This document shows, in pieces, positions 26,975 to 34,085 of a DNA stretch of 64,000 bases; within the stretch, counting starts at the first letter, position 1; every line of letters begins with the position of its first letter. This DNA comes from Clostridia bacterium (GTDB lineage Bacteria > Bacillota > Clostridia > Christensenellales > CAG-138): positions 12,833 to 76,832 of the forward strand of contig JAFRUN010000058.1 of NCBI GenBank assembly GCA_017438865.1, in the 5' to 3' direction. The position numbers and the translations under genes are program-made. The notes under the pieces were generated by a model, which worked only from the letters and a program-made list of their open reading frames with translations, was not told the DNA's origin and searched no databases.

Positions 26975-28312
26975 ATGAAGGAGTTTACCCCTGTATACGT
27001 TCCGGTCGGCGTGCCGACGTTCCATATGGAAAGTGCGCAGGACGCGTTTATCCGCTCGTGCACGGTTTTGAAAGCGCTCGATCCGCGCTTCGTCTGCCCT
27101 GCCGAAAAACTGCTTTCGATCGACGCGCTCAAAGCATATCTGGAACCGCTCGATCCCGACCTGATCGTCTTTCAGAATCTGACGTTTGCAAACGCCGCCT
27201 ATATGTCCGAAGTGCTGCGCAAATTCAACTGTCCCGTCGTTCTGTGGACGCTCCGCGAGCCGGTGATCGACGGCGGGCGGCTGCGGCTGAACTCGCTGAC
27301 CGGCGCGTACTCCGCGGCAAACACGCTGCGCGCGTTCAACCGGTCTTTCTTCTATACCTTCGGCGCGCCGGAGGAAGACTCCCTGAAGTGTGATCTTCGC
27401 GATCTGCTCACGGCGGCAAAGCTCAGGCATGCGATGCGTTCGCTGAAGATCGCGGCGATCGGACACACGCCGCAGGGCTTCGGGTTCGGGCGCGCGCTCG
27501 ACGGCGAGATGATGAATACCTTCGGCGCGGAACTCGTTTCGATCGAGGCGCGTGAACTCATTGACCGCGCGAAGGGCTATACGGACGGGGAATGTGCGCC
27601 GTATCTGGAAAAAACCGCCTGCATAACCTGCGGGTTCGACAAAACGCCCGAAAAGAACCGGCTTGACCACGCGCGGCTCTATAAGGCGTACAGCGATTTC
27701 ATTGCCGAGAACGGCGTCGGCGCGCTTGCGTCGCGCTGCTGGCCGGACTTCTTCACCGCGTTCGGCACACCGGTCTGCACGGTGCTGTCCATGCTGAACG
27801 ACGACGGCGTCGCCGCCGCCTGCGAAGCGGATATCTACGGCGCGCTGTCCATGTGGGCGGGCATGCAGATTTCCGGCTCCCCCGTCTTTTTCGGCGATCC
27901 GGTCTCTCTGGACGAGGGGGAAAACACGATCACCTTCTGGCACTGCGGGGCGGCGGCGTGCTCGCTCGCCAGAAAGGACACCGGCGCGGTCGTCGGCGTA
28001 CACCCGAACCGCAAAATCGGTCCCGCGATGGATTTCGGCTGCGAAGCGTTCCCGGATGCAACGATCTTCCGCATCGGCAGAGAGCCGGACGGCAAGTTCC
28101 GCTTCTTTCTCTGCGAAGGCGCGGCGCTTTCAAAGCCGAAGCAGTTCACCGGCACAAGCATCGTGATCCAGACCGACAATCCTGCGAAGGGGATCGTCAT
28201 GGACAGCGTGTGCAAGGGGTTTGAGCCGCACTTTGTCGTGATCAAAGGACGCCATGCCGGTACGCTGGAAGCGCTTGCGGGCTTTCTCGGGCTGCCGGTC
28301 TGCCGGTATTGA
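26975..28312 (+). CDS. L-fucose/L-arabinose-isomerase-family sugar isomerase (short form, unknown specificity)
   Basis: 445 aa. N-terminal Rossmann-like swivel domain, and ...GVAAACEADIYGALSMW... matching the conserved CEAD/E-x-x-GA catalytic block of this superfamily. Confidence 0.7.
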   Translation: MKEFTPVYVPVGVPTFHMESAQDAFIRSCTVLKALDPRFVCPAEKLLSIDALKAYLEPLDPDLIVFQNLTFANAAYMSEVLRKFNCPVVLWTLREPVIDGGRLRLNSLTGAYSAANTLRAFNRSFFYTFGAPEEDSLKCDLRDLLTAAKLRHAMRSLKIAAIGHTPQGFGFGRALDGEMMNTFGAELVSIEARELIDRAKGYTDGECAPYLEKTACITCGFDKTPEKNRLDHARLYKAYSDFIAENGVGALASRCWPDFFTAFGTPVCTVLSMLNDDGVAAACEADIYGALSMWAGMQISGSPVFFGDPVSLDEGENTITFWHCGAAACSLARKDTGAVVGVHPNRKIGPAMDFGCEAFPDATIFRIGREPDGKFRFFLCEGAALSKPKQFTGTSIVIQTDNPAKGIVMDSVCKGFEPHFVVIKGRHAGTLEALAGFLGLPVCRY

Positions 28313-28314
28313 GT

Positions 28315-29064
28315 ATGATTACGGATTCATTTGACAACAAAAGCGAACCGCTGTTCACCGTCGAATCGTTCGCCGGCCCGCAGAAGCACCTTTGCGACGT
28401 CTGCATCCTGACGTTCTCCGACGTGATTCTGGAAGAGATGCGAACACGCTTTGCGCTGCGTGAAGTCGGATACAAGAAGAACGTCAACGGCAACCGTCCG
28501 ATCTACCTGTTTGAATCCGGCGGAAAAACGCTCGCGACAACGCTCTGCGGCGTCGGCGCCACGCTTGCGGGCGGCGATATCGAGGAGCTCAACTGGCTCG
28601 TCGGCGCAACGAAGTTCGTCATGTTCGGCTCGGCGGGTTCCCTGAACCGCGAAGCGACCGTCGGCAGGTATGTGATCCCGACGGAGGCGTACCGCGACGA
28701 GGGCATGTCCTATCACTACGCCCCGCCTGCGGACTATATCGCGGTGAAAAACGCGGACCGCGTCGAGGCGATCTTCCGGGAGCTCGGCCTCCCGTACGTT
28801 TCGGGACGCGTATGGACGACCGACGCGTTCTACCGCGAAACGCGGAATCAGTTTGAAAAGCGCAAAACGGAGGGCTGTCTTGCGGTTGAAATGGAGGTCG
28901 CGGGCGTCGAGGCGGTCTGCGACTTTTACGGCTTCGAGCTCTATGATTTTCTCGTCACCGGCGACGTGCTCGACGCGCCGGTCTATGAAAACGACGGACT
29001 GCACGGCGCCAACCACGATCTCGACAAGCTCGATATCGCTTTGGAGATCGCAGGACGGATCTGA
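28315..29064 (+). CDS. PNP/UDP-family (NP-I, DeoD/Udp-like) nucleoside phosphorylase homologue
   Basis: CGVGATLAGGDIEELNWLVGATKFVMFGSAGSL, VWTTDAFYRE and LAVEMEVAGV align with the phosphate-, ribose- and base-binding blocks of hexameric nucleoside phosphorylases. The ATG is 3 nt after the isomerase stop. Confidence 0.65.
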   Translation: MITDSFDNKSEPLFTVESFAGPQKHLCDVCILTFSDVILEEMRTRFALREVGYKKNVNGNRPIYLFESGGKTLATTLCGVGATLAGGDIEELNWLVGATKFVMFGSAGSLNREATVGRYVIPTEAYRDEGMSYHYAPPADYIAVKNADRVEAIFRELGLPYVSGRVWTTDAFYRETRNQFEKRKTEGCLAVEMEVAGVEAVCDFYGFELYDFLVTGDVLDAPVYENDGLHGANHDLDKLDIALEIAGRI

Positions 29065-29074
29065 AAAAGCACAC

Positions 29075-29108
29075 AAAAACGGCACGGTTTCGACCGTGCC
29101 GTTTTGTA
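29075..29108. terminator. Bidirectional rho-independent terminator
   Basis: ACGGCACGGT-TTCG-ACCGTGCCGT (10-bp stem) flanked by AAAAA and TTTT, between convergent genes. Confidence 0.85.
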
Positions 29109-29117
29109 TTCCGGAAA

Positions 29118-30569
29118 CTACGCCGCCGCGTTTTCCTCGCGCAGGATCTTTTCTTTTTCGACCTGAAGCTCTTGAACGCGCTTCTTGGAAAGCGGATAGA
29201 CAAACCGCAGGAACACGAACAGCAGCAGGAACAGAACTGCGGGGATCAGCACGGATGCATTATACATGGTGAGCAAGTTCTCGTCCGTGATGTTTTCGAC
29301 CAGAAGACGTCCGCCGTCATAACCGATAATGAGAAGCGGGATGTTAATCAAAATCGTCGCTACCGTTTGACCGAGCTTTCTTGTGAATGTGAAGAATGCG
29401 TAGCTCGTTGCGTCGTCGTCGATGCCGTAGGTCACGCGGTTAAAGTCGATCGCGTCCGCCGCAAGGATCCAGTTCAGCAGGAACATGAACGCCGTGCCGA
29501 TTCCGCCCATCAGACAGCCGAACAGATACAGCCAGATGTTCCGGATATTGAAGACGGAAAGAATGAACAGGATCAGATAGCATACTGCCGAGAACAGCAC
29601 GCCGTAGGAGCAGATCTCGCGGCGGCCGAACCGGTTGCCGAGCTTGGAAGCAAAGAACATGATAAACGCCACAGGCAGATACTGGAACACGGCAGGCAGA
29701 ATGTTCAGCGCGGGCTTATGAAAGTAACAGTTAAACAGATACAGGTTGTAGCCCTGTCCGAACATTTGTGCTGCCAGCAAAAGCATGGACGCGATGGATA
29801 CCGCCATGAACGGCCGGCTCTTCAAGAGTGAGCGGATGACCTTTTTCGCCTCGCCCTTCTGCTTCGGTGCAGGATGCGAAACGACGCGTTCCTTCGTCAT
29901 TTTGTGGCAGAGGAAGAAGAAAACGACGGACAGTGCCGCAATCACGCAGACGCCGATCAGCACCACCGTCGGCTTAATCGTCGTGATCTTGATATCCTTG
30001 ATGACGAGCGGCTGACCGTTTTCCATAACCGGCTGATAGCAGATCATGGCAAGGACCATCGCGGGCAGCCCTCCGATGACCGATCCGATCGAACGGAACA
30101 CGGATAGCGTCGAGCGCTCCTTGTCGTCCGAGGTGATGACCTGCGCCATCGAACCGTACGGAATGTTGATGCACGTATAGAGCATTCCGAACAGCACATA
30201 GGTGAAGAACGCCCAGATATACCGTGCGACGGTCGGAAGTCCGCCGACGTTCAGGAACATCAGAATTGCGGCGATTGCCACCGGGACCGCGAAGACTTTG
30301 ATCCAATGACGGTAGCGTCCGTCGGGACGCGCCTTTGCGCCCTGAATGATGCGTCCCCAGATCGGGTCGTTGACCGCATCCCAAAGGCGTGCGATGACGA
30401 TGATGATGAGCGTACCGAGCGCGCTGATTTTGAGAACGTCCGTATAGAACGAATTCAGAATCCCCGCCGTCAGACCGAACACCAGACAGCTTGCGAGATC
30501 GCCGAACGCGTAGCCGATCTTGTCCTTCATTTTGATCCCGCTGGTACGGGAAATGTAAGACTCCTCCAT
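29118..30569 (-). CDS. Glycoside-pentoside-hexuronide (GPH):cation symporter family transporter
   Basis: KIGYAFGDLASCLVFG...IARLWDAVNDPIWGRI is the GPH signature (MelB/YihO/YihP-like). 483 aa, 12 TM segments. RBS GGAGGAG lies 5 nt upstream. Confidence 0.85.
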   Translation of the reverse strand: MEESYISRTSGIKMKDKIGYAFGDLASCLVFGLTAGILNSFYTDVLKISALGTLIIIVIARLWDAVNDPIWGRIIQGAKARPDGRYRHWIKVFAVPVAIAAILMFLNVGGLPTVARYIWAFFTYVLFGMLYTCINIPYGSMAQVITSDDKERSTLSVFRSIGSVIGGLPAMVLAMICYQPVMENGQPLVIKDIKITTIKPTVVLIGVCVIAALSVVFFFLCHKMTKERVVSHPAPKQKGEAKKVIRSLLKSRPFMAVSIASMLLLAAQMFGQGYNLYLFNCYFHKPALNILPAVFQYLPVAFIMFFASKLGNRFGRREICSYGVLFSAVCYLILFILSVFNIRNIWLYLFGCLMGGIGTAFMFLLNWILAADAIDFNRVTYGIDDDATSYAFFTFTRKLGQTVATILINIPLLIIGYDGGRLLVENITDENLLTMYNASVLIPAVLFLLLFVFLRFVYPLSKKRVQELQVEKEKILREENAAA

Positions 30570-30586
30570 TGTTTCTCCTCCGTTTT

Positions 30587-32566
30587 TTATTTGTTTTCAT
30601 CCGCAGTTTTGCGGAACAGTTCCGAGTATTCGCTTCCCTTGCGGTAAAACACAGGCGTCTGCCCGAGCGGCGCGGGCACGGTATAATCCGCGTCCCCCGC
30701 GTATTCCCTGCCGGACCAGAAGCCGATCCACTCGCCCGCAGGCAGGGATACCCTGCGCGTCTTTGCGTGCAGCTTGATCACCGGGCAGACGAACAGGTCC
30801 TCGCCGAACAGGTAGCTGTACGCGTCGCGGTTCTTTTGGAAATCCATCGCTTCGTAGAAATCCGGGCGCATGGCGGGAAGCCCCGCTTTTGCAAGCGCCT
30901 CGCAATGCCTGATATACGGTTTCAGCGCGGCGTGTATCTTCGTGAGCCGGACCGTGTGCGCCTTGACCTCCGGCGCGTCGAACTGCGCGTTCGCCCACGG
31001 ACGGATCGATTCGTGGCTGCGCATCAGAAGCGAGAATGTGCACATCTCCATCCAGCGCGTAAACAGCTCCGGCCTGCGCTTCATCTTGCCGAACGAGAAG
31101 AACCCGCCGACGTCGCAATGCACCATCGGCACGCCTGAGAAGCCCAGCGAGAAGCTCGCAGGCATCACGCACGGCATGCCGTAGTCCTTCGTGGTATCGG
31201 TGTGCTGGTCGCCGTTCCACAGCACCGGCGCGTAGGTCTGGATCCCGACGTAACCGGAGCGCATAAAGAACATGACGTCCTTTGCGCCGTACTCCTCGAC
31301 CGCCTCGCGGTTCAGCTTCGCCCACAGCACCGGCCAGAGGTTGTGCAGCTCCTTCGGATCGCCGTCACGGAGTACGCAGTCGACCGGCAGATATTCGCCG
31401 AAGTCCGCCATCCAGCCGGACACGCCGAGATCGAGCATGTTCTTTTTGATCAGCACGTCCTTGGTGAAACGCACCGCTTCGGGGTTTGTGAGATCGAGCA
31501 TGCCCGCGTCGAACGTGGTGGACTTGATATGATAGACGCTGCCGTCCGTATGCGTGATCAGATAGCCCTTGTCCCTGCATTCGTTGTAGAGCCGGCTGTC
31601 CTTCACGAGATACGGATTGATGTACGCAAGGAAGCGCACGCCGCGTTCGTTGAGCTTTTGAATGGCGCTCTTCAGATCGGGATACAGCGTTTCGTCGACT
31701 TCCCAGTTCCAGTAGACCTGCTTTCCCATGACCGTGCGGTTTTCGCCGGACCAGTCCTGACTCCAAACGCCCGCGATCTTCGCGCCCGCGTCGAGCATGG
31801 CGAACGTCTTTTCGAGGACCGTCTGCGTACCGCCCTGAATGCCGAGGATCATGCCGTCGAAGCACCAGTCGGGCAGATACTGCCGGTTTTCGACGCGCGC
31901 CGCGTACGCGGTCAGAAGCGCGTCGAAGCTGTCGCCGAACGTGACCGCGAGCGATTTCGGGCAGGCGTCGAAAACGAACGTATACGCGTCTTTCCCGAAG
32001 GTCGATTTGCCGTCGGATGCGGTGTCGAACCGGATCATCCGCCCGCGGTCGGTCACGAAAACCGGCATCGGCGCATAGCTGCCGATCTTTTTGTGCGGTT
32101 TCGGCGCGTACAGCGCGCGCGGCAGAAGCGCCTTCTCGATGATCGTCGCCGCTTTGATATGCTCCGAAACGAAGTTCACGACCGTTTCGCCGCGCAGATT
32201 CGTCTTGCGGTACTGCTCGCCGCCGCCGAACACCGCTTCGTTTTCGATTGCCGGAAGCCGGAATTCATACGCCCAGCCGTCCTCGCCGGAAAGCGCAAGC
32301 CGGACGCCGTCCGGCAGTTCGGAAACGGCGACCGAAACGCTGTGTCCTTTTGCCGAAAACGTCAGCCCGCCGCCGGTTTCGGACACGTCGGCAAGCGGGA
32401 CGCGCTCGACTTCCGTCACGCGTTCCTTCACCGTGCCGCGGTTGGCTTCATACGTTTTTTCACGGCGGATCGCCGTTATGAAAGGAAGATCGGAAGAATG
32501 GACGAAAACCTGCCGATCGCCGAAAGAAAATGTCCGGCGCCCGGATTCAACACTTGAAAACAGCAT
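30587..32566 (-). CDS. GH31 alpha-glycosidase of the YihQ (sulfoquinovosidase) subfamily; substrate uncertain
   Basis: It is collinear with E. coli YihQ as I recall it: LPDW..DG..LGIQGG, QDWSG......GK.V.WNW, FLAYINPY, GWMADFGEYLP (nucleophile Asp) and W.GDQ (acid/base Asp). The start is moved to the second ATG (32566, RBS GAGGGG) because the first ATG overlaps a TATCAT -10 box. Confidence 0.85.
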   Translation of the reverse strand: MLFSSVESGRRTFSFGDRQVFVHSSDLPFITAIRREKTYEANRGTVKERVTEVERVPLADVSETGGGLTFSAKGHSVSVAVSELPDGVRLALSGEDGWAYEFRLPAIENEAVFGGGEQYRKTNLRGETVVNFVSEHIKAATIIEKALLPRALYAPKPHKKIGSYAPMPVFVTDRGRMIRFDTASDGKSTFGKDAYTFVFDACPKSLAVTFGDSFDALLTAYAARVENRQYLPDWCFDGMILGIQGGTQTVLEKTFAMLDAGAKIAGVWSQDWSGENRTVMGKQVYWNWEVDETLYPDLKSAIQKLNERGVRFLAYINPYLVKDSRLYNECRDKGYLITHTDGSVYHIKSTTFDAGMLDLTNPEAVRFTKDVLIKKNMLDLGVSGWMADFGEYLPVDCVLRDGDPKELHNLWPVLWAKLNREAVEEYGAKDVMFFMRSGYVGIQTYAPVLWNGDQHTDTTKDYGMPCVMPASFSLGFSGVPMVHCDVGGFFSFGKMKRRPELFTRWMEMCTFSLLMRSHESIRPWANAQFDAPEVKAHTVRLTKIHAALKPYIRHCEALAKAGLPAMRPDFYEAMDFQKNRDAYSYLFGEDLFVCPVIKLHAKTRRVSLPAGEWIGFWSGREYAGDADYTVPAPLGQTPVFYRKGSEYSELFRKTADENK

Positions 32567-32654
32567 AGCATCCCCTCTGCATACCCTTTTTTTCATGATA
32601 CAGGAAAAGCCCGTGCCGTGTCAAGCATTGACCGGACGGGCTTTTGCGAAAACG

Positions 32655-34085
32655 TCAGTATCCGAGCGCAATGCCGAGCGCGAGGAACGCGACGACCAGC
32701 GCAAGATTCACAAGAAAGAGCGGCACGCTCTTCTTCACCCACTTGAAATAGTCGATCCCGATCATCGAAAGCGAGATCAGAAGAACCGGCGACGTCGGGA
32801 ACAGCACGTTCGTATAGCCGTCGGCAAAGGTGTAGATCAGAACGAGCATCTGCTTAGAAAGCGGCACGCTGACCACCGCAAGCATTCCCATGACGAGGAT
32901 CGCCTTCGCCGTCGAGGACGAAATAAAGAACTCGAGCACGAGAATGATCGCGTACAGCACGAGCGCGACGAGGAACGGACTGTGCCCCGAAACAAGCGTG
33001 TTGATCGAATGCACGATCGTCGGCATGATCGCGCCCTCGTCGAAGATGTACTTGATCGAAGACGCCAGCGCAATGAACACAATCGTCGGCAGCGCGCCCA
33101 CGATCCCCTTCCAGAAGCTCAGAAACACCGGCTTTGCCGCCTTTGCGGAAAGGAAGCCCGCAAGGAGTCCGAAGATCAAAAAGTACGCGATCAGCACGAC
33201 CACGGTATAATCGCGCAGCGCGGAAATCGCGGAACACGCGATGATCAGCCCGAGACAGACGAGCAGAAATACGATATAAGTCAGCCGGATGCGCTTTTCG
33301 TCCTGCGGCGCGATCGGATTCTGTTCATCCGCCGCGCCCGCCTCGCGCAGCGTTTCATCGTGCGCAAGCGTCAGACTCGACGCCGGATCCTTTCTGAGCT
33401 TTTTAACGTACAGGAAGACGAACCCGAGCAGCAGCAGGTACATCACGGCAAAGATGATCACGCGGTACCAGATGTTTTCCATCGGGTTCGCGTCGATGAT
33501 CTCGGATGCGAGCAGGACCGTGAACGGATTGGTGATCGCGCTTGCGAAGCCGAAGCCGCAGGCGATGATGCAGACGAGAAATCCCGTGAACGAGTCGTAC
33601 CCGATCAGCACGCACAGCGCGGTCACGATCGGCAGCATCGAAAGCATCTCCTCGAACAGTCCGAGGAACGCGCCGAACGCCATAAACACCAGCGCGACCA
33701 TGCACAGAAGCAGCGCGCGCCGCTTCCGGAACCGTCTTGCAACGGCGCCGACCAGCGCGCGGATGCCGCCGACGTCGTTCATCACCTGAAACGCCGCAAA
33801 CACCATGACAAGGAACAGCGACAGCATGATCAGCGTCAGACCGTTGTCCGAGCCGAACACAAGGAACGGCGCCAGAAGTCCCTTCCAGACCGGAATGCCC
33901 TTCGCGCCCTCGACGGCCCGATAGTCCAGATAATCCGTTTTCCCGTCCGCGGTCGTGCCGAATTCGCCCTTCGGGATCACATACGTCAGCACGATGGCGA
34001 CGAGCATCAGTACGAACAGCAGAACGACGACCTGAATAAATGTTTTGGTCGACAGATTCACGAGTGTTTTATTCTCTTTCTTCAT
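32655..34085 (-). CDS. YfcC-family (DcuC-like) membrane transporter
   Basis: 476-aa polytopic protein whose N-terminus (...TFIQVVVLLFVLMLVAIVLTYVIPKGEF...) and overall layout are typical of YfcC-family putative amino-acid/carboxylate carriers. Confidence 0.7.
   Translation of the reverse strand: MKKENKTLVNLSTKTFIQVVVLLFVLMLVAIVLTYVIPKGEFGTTADGKTDYLDYRAVEGAKGIPVWKGLLAPFLVFGSDNGLTLIMLSLFLVMVFAAFQVMNDVGGIRALVGAVARRFRKRRALLLCMVALVFMAFGAFLGLFEEMLSMLPIVTALCVLIGYDSFTGFLVCIIACGFGFASAITNPFTVLLASEIIDANPMENIWYRVIIFAVMYLLLLGFVFLYVKKLRKDPASSLTLAHDETLREAGAADEQNPIAPQDEKRIRLTYIVFLLVCLGLIIACSAISALRDYTVVVLIAYFLIFGLLAGFLSAKAAKPVFLSFWKGIVGALPTIVFIALASSIKYIFDEGAIMPTIVHSINTLVSGHSPFLVALVLYAIILVLEFFISSSTAKAILVMGMLAVVSVPLSKQMLVLIYTFADGYTNVLFPTSPVLLISLSMIGIDYFKWVKKSVPLFLVNLALVVAFLALGIALGY

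Noticed and set aside
32597-32654. GTCAA-TGC-TTGAC inverted repeat upstream of the GH31 gene, considered as a second ROK operator
   Set aside because: The spacing differs from the 26892-26913 repeat (N3 versus N10). The sequence is fully explained as the tip of the YfcC terminator hairpin plus a TTGACA -35 box, so the similarity is probably coincidental.
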